From positions 124,001 to 188,000 of the forward strand of contig JBLDXI010000021.1 of NCBI GenBank assembly GCA_047495785.1: 64,000 nt of DNA, written 5' to 3'. The translations under genes were made by a program, and so were the position numbers. The notes below the pieces were generated by a model. The model ran no database searches. It was not told where the DNA came from and saw only the letters and a program-made list of their open reading frames with translations. Every line of letters starts with the position of its first letter. The first letter of the stretch is position 1. Source of the stretch: Lepidodermella squamata. Its lineage: Eukaryota > Animalia > Gastrotricha. Shown here in pieces: positions 1 through 11,226 of this stretch.

Positions 1-297
1 GTTTGCGCTTGCTCCTCACTCTTGGGCTTCACAGTGGGGCTTGTGGCTTAGGCGCTTAGGCGAAAAAAGGCATGTCTAGGCTTGCATATATCAGCGTCTA
101 TGGAATAGCCTATGCCTACGCAGGGTAGCATCACACATTTAAAACGCCTTCACTATTTAACCCATCTTGGAAACCGCTCAAGAAATGAGCCCAATCAATG
201 TTATGCGGTTCAAGGCAGCTGCCTCCTGAATGCAAATGTCACTCCGGAAAGATTTTTGTTGAAAATGATCGTCGATCTATTTATTTAAATCATTATG

Positions 298-2462
298 TCA
301 GAAGCAGTCGACAGTAGTCTTGCAAAGATCGGGTTTAGACATGGGAATGATAACAAACATGACAAGAGGCGTGAAAGCTACGCAAGAAAGATAAACGAGG
401 AAAACTATCCGCTTTGACACATTGGCAATATACATCCACTGGTGGCGGAGGCTTTGAAGATAGCTAGATTCACGCATTTTTATCAGTATATCATCCACAA
501 TAATAGCCATTCTTCTATGATTCTGACTGGGAACAACTGAGTCCACTGTTAGCTGAATTGATTCGACGGCCAATTCCGTGACTGAATCAGGTAAATTGCC
601 GTTGCTCTCATGATTCGGCATCTCACGATTATTACCATGATCAGGCGATTGGTAATCATTTTGAGCTGTTGCAGTGTTACCATTTGATCTCACATTTTTC
701 TTCACAGGGTTTTCGTGAGTTAACTCCGAAATCTTTAGGAATTCCTTGTCAGGAGGAAGAAGGAGAACGAAGCCAACGATGCGCGCGGTCCGTGCCAGCC
801 AACCAGGAACCGGCTTTAAATAGAAATAGGTCATTTCAGATCATTTTCCACTCATTTTCATCAACAATTATCAGTACCTTTCGTTTCTGAGCATTGTCAA
901 TCAATAGGTATATAATACCCTCGCCCATCAAAGCCAAACCGATATAGGCCTTGAAAAATGAAGCTCAAGGTAATTTTATCCGTGAGCTTGATAACTCACC
1001 ATTTGTAAGACGATATAAACGCTCAAAGCTGGCGTCTTGGTTCCAGACCGCGGAACATCATCGACGATCATAAGCTAGACGATACGCAAAAAACTTGTCA
1101 TTTTTACTAATTATATTATACCAAAAGCTTACTTGGAATACCGTATACGCCAGTAGAGCAGTGAAGCTGATAACCATTTTCAACACCTCAGCTGTCTAAT
1201 GAACATCAAAATAAATGAATAAATGGGGGAAGAAGGAATCGAACACTTGCCGGCAATGTAAACGTCACCAGCTCAACTGCACTGATGATCGTGCTTGGAA
1301 TGATGACATTCGTGTTGTAATACTAATTCAAGTGAGTTCAATAATATGTCGATCTTGTTAAAGGAAACAAACTTACCGCGGCCTTTCGTTTGAGGTAAAA
1401 CATGAATTCAATCTGGAAGCCACCGTAAAATGTGTGCATTTATAGGACCGCAAACGTTAATAAGTATAATACCCGATCGTACTCAGTCGAATCGATTTCG
1501 TACGTAACAGAATATTTGAGAGTACCAGTTCCAACAAGATCCCACATTTCGTTTTCTGTCCAATGAATTAGATAGATGGAGGGCTGGGTTAAATTGAATC
1601 TTTGCATTTTAGAAGTTGAAAGCCAGCTAAGCAAAGAATGCAATTATTGAAAGAATATATTTGGTGTTTAAAAATCCAACCTTTCGACGTTTATGCTGCA
1701 TAGTTGATCATCAAAGGGAAACTGACATGAACAAATATAAATGCATATACAGATTACTTATAGAATACTCACGTAAGTTAGATCGAAGTTGCAAAACACA
1801 CTGAAAGTCGTTTCAGGGTAGAAAATACACTGTCCGTTGCTGTTAACCTCTACTTTGTGACCGGGACTCCGCAAAATTTCGTATATATCTCCGCTGTTTG
1901 TGATCGCTACATCAGGCATCCAGACGTCTACAGGGCGAATTTTTATGAGAAGAGCTATCGGCTATAATTATCTTAAAATAACCTTCCGCAGGAAGATGAA
2001 GACTCTCAACGCATGACAAATCTTCCGTGTCATTCCATACAAAATATTCGTTGTACCAACCGATTGCTAAATACCCTGTGAAGTGGATTTCCTGTTCTTT
2101 TTCTACCTATTTGAAATACAGCAAGGAGATTGAATAGGTAAACATCAGGCCAGAGCATAGTAGCTTACTATTTTGTTGATTCTCTGAGCAACCAAGTAAA
2201 TTTGAACTTCGACAGTTTCTCGACTGTTTTTGCGGGGCCTTACTGACTTCTCGTAGCCATTCAAGATATGTTCCCGAACAGCTCCCTCCGAAGGTATGGA
2301 ATTTTTCTGCCCACATCGGTCCAAAGGCGTAGGTCGTTCATTCTCGGAAAGAGTTGAGTTCGTTGCGTTGCTTACATCTTGGGAGCCAGCCAGCCTGCAA
2401 AACGTTACTATGGCCAATAATGGAAGCAGCATTCTTTCAGCGAGTTCAATTTTTTGTGACAT
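298..2462 (-). CDS. Cys-loop ligand-gated ion channel subunit 1 (nAChR-like, non-alpha), multi-exon
   Basis: Signal peptide (MLLPLLAIVTFCRLAGS), YEKSVRP, WMPD, spliced Cys-loop CNFDLTY|FPFDDQLC (C-x13-C), loop B ESW, M1 YYNTNVIIPS, M2 LKMVISFTALLAYTVF, M4 preceded by WMYIANVSKR. No vicinal CC in loop C (YEIDSTEYD). Confidence 0.92.
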
Positions 2463-2788
2463 CGAGCCAGCGATAATCTAGGATAGTTCCAGGTGCGAGT
2501 TTTTTTTCGATATCCAGCGAAAAATTACAGCGTTTGACAAGCAAATTCTGATGTTTACCCAATTTAGGACTGGTGATCACTGAAAAATGAGCTAGTGCCC
2601 AAAATATCACTCGGTAAACATTGCGGTAATTTTCTGTGAGTGCTCTATATGTTTATTTACTTTCGATAATTGGGCTAGAGTTTAACATCATTAAAAAGCC
2701 AAGGTAGGGCCTAATGCGCAAGCCTATGCGATTGCAACCAGTAGAGCCGATTGATCTGCCGTAAAAGTCAATTCAAACAACCAGAAAA

Positions 2789-4616
2789 ATGAACTCGTTG
2801 CTCTTCGAAGTTTTGATAATACTGGGACTATTTCGATGCATAACGGCGAAGGGCATGTCCAATGATCAGATGCCACCGACTACAGAGGAGCCTGAGGAAG
2901 AATCCTTCGGAAAAGGGGCCTCTGTGGACCAGAAGCACGAAAAATCATGCGAGAATGCAATAGGTAAGATTTTTAATTTGAAAGCTAAATCCAAATTTGC
3001 ATTTTCCCGCATTAGTTTCCGAGGCGGAAGTTGTAAGATACATTCTTGCCAACTATACCAAGTCGGTTCGACCTGTGAAGAGTGCCAGACGAATTCTCAA
3101 CGTCACGGTTTCCCTCGCATTAAAGGCGATCAATGAAATAGTGAGTTTAATTTTGAAAATGTCTCACGTTAAGCTGATTTACAGAAAGAAAAAGAACAAC
3201 TGATGATTGCAACAGGTCATATTACGGCATCATGGGTAAATGAATATTTCGTGTGGCGCAACGTTCCTCGACTTCGTTGTGTCGATTCGATATATCTACC
3301 GGCTGAAGTAAGCTGATTGCAGGTATCTGGCTCCTTAATAAAAGCCATCTTTTCATAGAGAGTTTTCCTTCCTGATTTAGCGGTAATCAACACGTAAGTG
3401 AAGATCTTCCTGAAAAGCCTAGGTTCACTGATATTTTTTCAGTCCCAATATCTATGAAATAACAACCCAGAGTCACCAAAACGTAATCGTAACAAGTGAT
3501 GGGCGATGTTCTTACTTTCCTGAGATAACGTTTACGGTAATGGTTAAAAGAATTTAAAGGAGCTGAAAATATTAAATTTTATTTTAGATACATTGCCATT
3601 TCGATTTTACCCAATTTCCGTATGCCTTATTGAACTCCACGACAGTATTTCATGAATTATTTCTTTTAGTTTTGATCGACAGTCTTGTCCGGTCTTGATC
3701 GAATCATGGTAAGCCACGGAACCTGGCTGAATCATAAATAATTTTTATTAGGTTGTCCATGACGAATTCACAACGCTTCATAATTGGCCGACCCGCTTTC
3801 ACGAATCACAACATGACGGAGAATGAGCAATGGAGCCTTGACAGAGTTACGTATCACCAGTACAACATTTCGTATGAAAATCCTGCAGAAATATTCGACG
3901 GAGTTGAGTTTCGAGTTCACGTCACGCGTCGGACATCTTATTACGTTTTAAACATAATCGGACCAGCATTTATTCTTGCTTGTGTTGAAATATTTACATT
4001 TTCTCTGCCTACAACAGAAGTGCATAAGGTCGGAATGGGTTTTACTTGCCTACTAAGCTACACGATGTTCCAAACTTTGATTGTGAAAGACCTGCCTAGA
4101 ACCTCCCATACTCCTAGCTTGACCATTTTCGTCCTGATGCAAATGGCTTGCATTGGGTTGGCTCTATTCGGGTTAGCTGCTGTTTTTGTATTCCTCGGTT
4201 ACGCGAAGCAAGCGGTCGATGTCCCAAACTGGTTGTATCAGTCTGCAACTTGGATAGGCCGTGTTTTCGGCATGCATCTACCACATCTGCACAAAAAGCA
4301 TCACAATGAGCAGGACGAAGATATTATTGACGACGACCTGCACTATCTTGCAATCACGACCTACCACCCCGATCCAGCTATTCATTTAGCTAACAGCCAG
4401 AAGAAATTGATTGCCGAATTAGCTTCAAGAATTCTGGGCGCTCGAAGGCGTAAAACCAATCAAAACCAGTGGCTATACATAGCAAAAGTTGCTGACCGCC
4501 TAACATTTTATCTGTACCTAATTGGTCTCATCTGCACACCAGCAGTTATGTTTGCATCGGTTGCGAAAAACGACGAAAAACCGCCAGTCAAAGCTACTTT
4601 TATTACGAACGAATAA
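2789..4616 (+). CDS. Cys-loop ligand-gated ion channel subunit 2 (nAChR-like, non-alpha), multi-exon
   Basis: Signal peptide, YTKSVRPV, FLPD, spliced Cys-loop CHFDFTQFP|FDRQSC, ESW. Large last exon holds RRTSYYVLNIIGP (M1), HKVGMGFTCLLSYTMF (M2) and WLYIAKVADR (M4). Confidence 0.92.
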
Positions 4617-4629
4617 CGGAACTTCGAAA

Positions 4630-6940
4630 TTATATGCCATCGTCTTTGTCCGTATTATCCTCAGTTAGTCTGGAGATAGCTGGCATCAAAGCGAACATGA
4701 TTAGAGGTGTAGTGACAATAGCGGTGAGATAAAGTAAGCCTATTAATCTGTCGATTACCGAAGCAATAAAAAGCCAAGTTGTTCTAAGCTTGTTATCATT
4801 TCTTGACTTTTTCAAACGGTGCAGGAGTTCAAGGACAAGAGCTCGATTCTCGCCGTCCGTAGCTTGAGCTTTTCCTGATTTCGGACGACCATTTTGACCT
4901 ATTCCGTTGTTTTCAGTAGGCGTCGTCGTGCTTGCATTGCTGTCTTGACGCGATAAGTTGCCTTGCGGAATATTCGCGAAAGCCGCAGCTACTCCTGCCA
5001 AGGGAATGTTGTGGTTCGTCCGAAATGATGATCGCGGGCTACCGAATGGGGATATCGCTTCATTAACTTCAACTTCAAGATGATGATGGCGAGCAAGTGC
5101 TGCTTCAGCCTTCGAATCCTATTGAAAGGTGATCAATATTTCAATTCTAACTTCAATTCAACATACCTCGATGGATTCAGACGTAGCTTCTTCTTTGACT
5201 CGCAGAAGCGGTCCGAGAGAGCGAGTGAACGCGTACAGTTTTGGTGGTATCGGCTGAGAAAGTAAAGGGTATAGCAATAATAGACTGAAAATTCCTTAGT
5301 CCCTACCAGCAAACGCTCAAGATTCCAGCAGCACATGAAAACAAAGCCTTCGCCAACCAAGGCAAAGGCTATGAAACTCATTTGGAGCACGATGTAGATG
5401 CTACGGTTGAGTTAAAAGTTAGCAGCTTAGATTTAATTGAATAACCGCAAGTCAAACCTAAGTAGAGGCGTTCTCGTCGATGTTCGTGGCAGGTCATTGG
5501 TTACCATCAGCTGGAAAACGGAGTACGCCAGCAGGCAAGTGAAAGAAATAGGAATCTTTTCGATCTCGACAGTCTAGCATGGAAGAAATAAGTCAGTGCT
5601 AAAAACGAGCAATCAATGAATTACCGGTAGAAGAAAAATCACAAGCTCGACGTAGGAAATGATGACACTGGGTAGAATAACGTTGAATAAGTAATAGGCG
5701 ACCTTTCGCTCGACTTTGATGCTGAAGATGACCTGGAATAAAATTTAAATGGCAAAGATGCGAATGATATAACGAGTTTTACTGTATCAAAAGGATCTTC
5801 TTGCTCGGCATACGAAGTGTTGGTCATTCTCGCTGATAGACCTAAAAGACGCCACTGCTCGTTTTCAACCCAATGTATTCGCCTGATAGGGGTCTCTGCC
5901 AAAGTGAATCGCTGCTTCTTTATGGTATATACCCAAGATTCGAACCGCAGGTAGCACGTCTAAAAGATTTAACGTAATTATCCATTGGGAAATGAATGAA
6001 GACTTACCTGCTCATCGAGACTGAGTACCCCCAAAATAAAAATTGAGCGTGTCTGAATCATTTGGATTTCAGAGAGTTCAAACTTACGGAAACTGTAAAA
6101 AATATCACCATTCCATTATTGTTTCAAAGTTATCTTTCAAATTACGTAGGTAAGGTCCAGGTTGCAAAAAACGGAGAATGTTGTAGCTGGGAAGTAATTA
6201 CACAGGCCACTGCTAGCGATTTGGACTTTGTGACCGGGAGTTAGAAGCAGGGAATACATATCACCCCTGTAAAAATAAGTTTGTTTAGCCAATAAAGTCA
6301 AAATAAGACAACGTGCTTATACGAATTTGTAAGGCAGATGTCCGGCAGCCATAGTTCGTGTGCCTTCATTGTTGAAACAACGACGATATACGACACAATA
6401 AACAACAACATTCGGTAAAATTTGAACAAACCGGAAGAAGAATTTGTTCGACACATGCGTATTCAGTCTCATTCCAGACGAAAAATTCGTTGAACCAGGT
6501 GGCTCCGAAGTAACCCGTAATCATCATCATTTCGGATTTCTCCAACTTGAATCAAGCGTACAAAAGTAAAATGTTTAAACTAAGGGAGGATAACTTACCA
6601 ATTCGTTAAGCTTCTCGACATAGAATGCTAGTTCGACAACGATACTGGTTCTAGCATCTCGTACAGGTCTCACCGTCGACGTGTAATTATTTCGCGTTAT
6701 GTAACTCCGGACCACCGACTCAGAAGGAGGACCATTCGGCCCACAAGTGGGTGGGGTTGGATCTGACTCATTGCTGCCACTAGCTACCTTCGATTCGTTC
6801 CGAGGTGGCTCATAAAAAGTTTCGCCAACAAAGACAGTCGACGAGCTCTCTCTTTTTACCAAAGGGCGTAATGTTGCATCCGAGGAGTTCGCTAATCCAG
6901 ATGAAGCAAAGGACACAAAAATGATTAAACTTATTATCAT
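4630..6940 (-). CDS. Cys-loop ligand-gated ion channel subunit 3 (nAChR-like, non-alpha), includes 5-nt and 13-nt exons
   Basis: Signal peptide, YTSTVRPV, WLPD. Cys-loop CNLDLTY|FP|LDEQ|TC needs micro-exons 6088-6092 and 6008-6020. M2 EKIPISFTCLLAYSVF; WLFIASVIDR before M4. Confidence 0.9.
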
Positions 6941-7251
6941 GTCGTGCTGAACCCTGAAACTGCTGGTATATAGAATTCTTGTCTTGTTATAGACTCTCTG
7001 GCGAGACTGCTCGCCTTTTCAGTAAGTAAATACCGGTGTAAGTAAAGACCTTGCATAATAAATGTGGAATGAGTAATCAGTTCTGTAAGTCTCGACTCGG
7101 TCGATAATCAGAGTAAACATATTAGGCTCCGCCAGGGTGCGCATATTTTATGAGATTTGCTCCCCTCTCAAGACGTAAAAAATCACTCAATACAAGATAT
7201 ATCCTATGAAGTGCCTGTTTCTAAACCGGGAGATTTATTTGCTTTGAATCT

Positions 7252-8395
7252 TTAAAATCTAATCGAAAAAATTGGAAGAAGACTGAGGCCTAGGATCATT
7301 TCGCACCGTTCCGACCAGAAACTTCGGGCGTTGGAATATCGAGGCGTTGTCCTCTGAGGCGCATTGTTGCCATCGGACGTGGAGGGTAAGAAAATTGTGC
7401 CATTTTTGTAAATTCGGTAGTCAGCGTTGCACCAACACAGGCATTCCTTATTCATGCCAGTAACTGCGCAATTTAAAAGGCAGGAGTCGAGTGTTGCTGA
7501 GTGGCAATAAGTCAAACATGTGCCTCTCGTGCTGGTTTGAAATAAAAATTATCTCAACAAAGGATTTGCCTCGTCAACTTACACAACTTGAGCTCTCTGT
7601 GTGATGTTTTTTTCAACGAAACATCGTTGCCCGAGACCACAGTTGCCGTTAGGATTGAAAATTCCTTGCAAGCCATAACCAACGCTGCAAGAAACGTTGT
7701 CTGTAAACATATAAACCAACTTCGGCTATACTTCGTTACAATCAAGATTCTATAGGCCGACCTTGAAAATCAAACGCATTGCAGAGATCTGTGTAGCATC
7801 GATTGCATGAAAGTTTAGCTCCAGCTAGCACTCGTTGTGACGCTCCGGTAGAAAACCTGACAATTTCGGCTAAAAATGCAGGGTCAGCGTTTTGCGGATT
7901 CAGCTTGGCCACATTTTGAAGGTCTTCCTCGTATTTCTCGTGGTCAATCTGTACAACGAAGATGAGGGTTTCATCGAAGTAAAATGCTAGGAACTCACAT
8001 CACATCCGTCATCCCTAGGTATTTCTTGCTCGCATTTCAAAGTAAGCAGCCTTAAAAGTTAAACATTCAATTAGAATACTTGAAACAAATCTGTGGGCAT
8101 ACACTGTAGGGTAGGTAGTAATGGCTTGAACATTCTGCGTTATCACAACGCTGGAGCAAGCTTTGCAGTTTTGCTTGACCACTTGATAGTTCCATCTGTT
8201 CCAATAACGCTCATTCAGTGATGGTGGATTTATATTAGGATCGTTGGGCAACCAATCGCTCTTTCGCATTCCAGACCCGTCGTAGCATGACAGAGAGTTC
8301 GCTGATGTAAAACACTATGCAGGTTTCTCTGGAATTTCACAAATCAACTCACTTATCTGGAACAGTAGAGACAAGAAAATCCAATTGGTCAGCAT
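7252..8395 (-). CDS. Secreted, probably GPI-anchored Cys-rich protein with two Ly6/uPAR (three-finger, quiver/sleepless-like) domains; 5 exons
   Basis: Manual splicing gives MLTNWIFLSLLFQITNS-LSCYDGSG...CKAC...LKCE...GCD...CNRCYTDLCN, then a second Cys-rich unit (VSCSVG...C...C...TCLTYC...C...C...CLCWCNAD), an S/T/P linker and a hydrophobic tail (MILGLSLLPIFSIRF*). LxCY start and CxxDxCN end are three-finger hallmarks. Confidence 0.68.
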
Positions 8396-8790
8396 TGAAG
8401 GAGGATTAAATTTTCAAAAATTACCGCTGAGATGTGCGAAACGCAACAAAAGATATATTTGGCCGTGAGAAAAGCTAACAATGACGAATCAGTATCATTG
8501 CTCAGCGAAACACTTCATTTACGGTGTAAAGTAAATAGTGGGAAGTCGTCGCAGAAAATTGCTCATCGTTCCCGTATATAGTATATGCGTCTACTTCAAC
8601 TGATACTCAAGGTAAACACCGGATAATGGCAAAAAACGAAACCCTTAGAGCAGAACACCATTAAAGGTGAGAGTAAAATTATACTTTTATTCTTAATGCA
8701 AAATGCAATCAGCTGCCAGCTGCAAGAGCCAACATAAAATCATCATCATCACAAAAATGCAAGTTTTTAGCGCAAAACTGAAACGATGCT

Positions 8791-10882
8791 TCAGACAGTT
8801 GTAGGCAAAATGCCGAAAACCATGATTGGAGTTAGGACAATGCCGAGGACGTAGATCAGCAAGATGCAGCGATCAACGACTTCAGCCAAGAAAAGCCAGC
8901 GGCTCTTGATCGACGCATGCTCCTTTGCGGTTTCAATTCGCTCCATTATTTCCCTTGTCAAAACAGCCCTGTCAGTTCTACCGCCAGGCTTTGATACTGC
9001 GCGTCTAAGCGGAGTATGCGAAACGGAGCTGCTGTCCACCGGAGCATCCACGGACGCCTCCGCTTCCTCTGCAACCGTACTCAGACGTATATCGCTGTCA
9101 ACCTGGTCTATAGGGGGCATCATAACATTGCTTATCGACAACCGCCGGTGGCGAGACAGTATATCGGCATCACGTTCTACCATTAGAGACAAGCGACGCG
9201 CGTAGCTCCTCAACATTTCTTCGTCGGTTTCAGTCAAGTTGCTGTGAGAGACATTGCCGTTCGCAACATGACCATTGGTCCCATTGATTGGCGACACCTT
9301 GAAAGCAGGCTAGTAACTCAGTGAATACAATTTCACTGCCTACCTTGTAATTTGGGGCAGGGTGTGGGTCCTCTTCATCCTCCTTAACACCAATGTACTT
9401 ACTAATGAATTTTAGCGTTTTGTATAGTTTTGAAGGAATTGGCTAGAAAAATAACGAAGTTAAAATCTAGCTCTGTTAACCGCGCTTCCTACCTTTATCT
9501 GCTCTAGATTCCAGATGAAGACGAATACTACGCCTTGACCCATGATTGCAATAGACAGGTAAAGCATCTACGCAAGAGGTTGTCTTTGCTCCTAAAATGC
9601 GGATCATTTTAAAAATATTCACAAACCTGGAGGATGATATAATAACTGAGCATTGGAGTATGTTCTGAAGTTCTAGGCATGTCGTCATTTATCATGAGCT
9701 GAAATACAGTGTAAGCAAGGAGGCAAGAAAACGATATTGGAACTTTTTCGATCTCCACAGTCTGCAAAAAATTAGGCGTTAATATTTCATATTTTTGATC
9801 ATTTTCATTACCGGGAGCATGAATATCACGAGCTCGACAAATGCTATGATTATTGAAGGCGCGATGACGTTGATAGTGTAGTAGGCCACCCGTCGCTCGA
9901 GAACCAGAGTGAACACCACTCGATCAAAATGTTCTGTCGGAATCTCATAGACGACGTCTTGCAAATCAGCGTGAGTTGCCGTCAGTTTCCATTGGTCATT
10001 TTCACTCCATCGAACAAACTTGACAGGAGTCGGATCGTCGATTTTGAACCGCTGGTATTGCACTGTGTACAGCCAGGATTCGAAGTTCAGCTCGCAAACC
10101 TAAAAACAAATTCAATTGATACTAATTGTTGAGACAGCTCGTATTAACCAACCTGCTTGTCGAATCTGTGGGATAGGACACAAATAGAAATGAAAGGTTT
10201 CGGAAATCTAGAAATAAAGTTACGGAAACTGGAAGAAAACTTTAATTAGATTAAGGCAAAAAGAGAGCAATGTTGTTTACATAGGTCAAGTCGAGCTCGC
10301 AGAATATATCGAATTTTTTAGAAGGGCTGTAGGTATTTCTGCCGTCACTTCGGACTTTAACTTTGTATCCTTCCGACAGCATAAGGTCGTAAATGTCTCC
10401 TCTGTAAAAAAGAGAATGTGACATGATTTTTGAATACAAAATTCCTCCTTACGTGTTTGTCATAGCAACATCCGGTAGCCATAGATCTTCCTCAGAAAGT
10501 ACTAGGTCGTCAATGCAGCTAAAGTTGGAAACGTTTTGCCAACTCAAGTATTCATTATTCCACTGGAGTTCGATGAACCCTGTTAGGCTAAGCAGCTGAT
10601 CCTTTTCCAACTGTCAAAAAACCAGTTGATTAGATGTTGTAGAGCACTTTGGCTGGAACTTACAATATCATTTAGGCGGTTAATTGAAAGACTGATGGTA
10701 ACTTCCACTGGTTTAGTCGCATCTATAACCGGTCGTACTTTAGCGTAGTAGTCGGGATTGCTGACGATTAGATACTGTCGAAGGTCGATTTCTGAAGGAC
10801 ATGGCGAATAATCGGTGACATTGCTTCCAGAGATGGATGCGATGAAAATTGAAACAATCACATTTAATATCGCGCAGTTCAT
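8791..10882 (-). CDS. Cys-loop ligand-gated ion channel subunit 4 (nAChR-like, non-alpha), includes 5-nt and 13-nt exons
   Basis: Signal peptide, YYAKVRPV, LWLPD. Cys-loop CELDLTY|FP|FDKQ|VC uses micro-exons 10224-10228 and 10153-10165. ESW, RRVAYYTINVIAPS, M2 EKVPISFSCLLAYTVF, WLFLAEVVDR. Confidence 0.92.
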
Positions 10883-11226
10883 TGTCGAGAATCATTAGCT
10901 GGAAAGTGCATTATTGACTTAATTGGCCTTCAACTTCTTTCTTGATTTTCGCACTATTGACATTGCGACTGCTGAGTCATTGTCTTATAGGTCTAGACGT
11001 TGGTTTTTTCCCGTGTGTCGGCGGGTGCTATGGCCGATGAATTACCGAGGTACTTACCTACTTGGTAAACAAATTATGCATGCGTCTCTTTATTTTCGCG
11101 CGCGAAAGCCGAATCAATATAATTGGCAGATACCTGAGAGAAGCTCGAGTACAAAACTATGAATTTTTATTATTAAGAATTCACGGGGTTTTTTTTCATT
11201 TCAACACGCAGTTTCTCACTTCGAAC

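Noticed and set aside
40-120. TTAGGC twice and TAGGC/GCCTA words resembling nematode telomeric repeat
   Set aside because: Only two interrupted copies; not an array.
8864-9205. Antisense ORFs over real genes (also 11387-12025, 20304-20642, 55950-56501, 56332-56805)
   Set aside because: They are shadows of coding exons on the other strand and have no motifs of their own.
10199-10211. Second TTTCC after an AG near the 5-nt micro-exon of subunit 4, a possible mutually exclusive exon
   Set aside because: Not followed by a GT donor.
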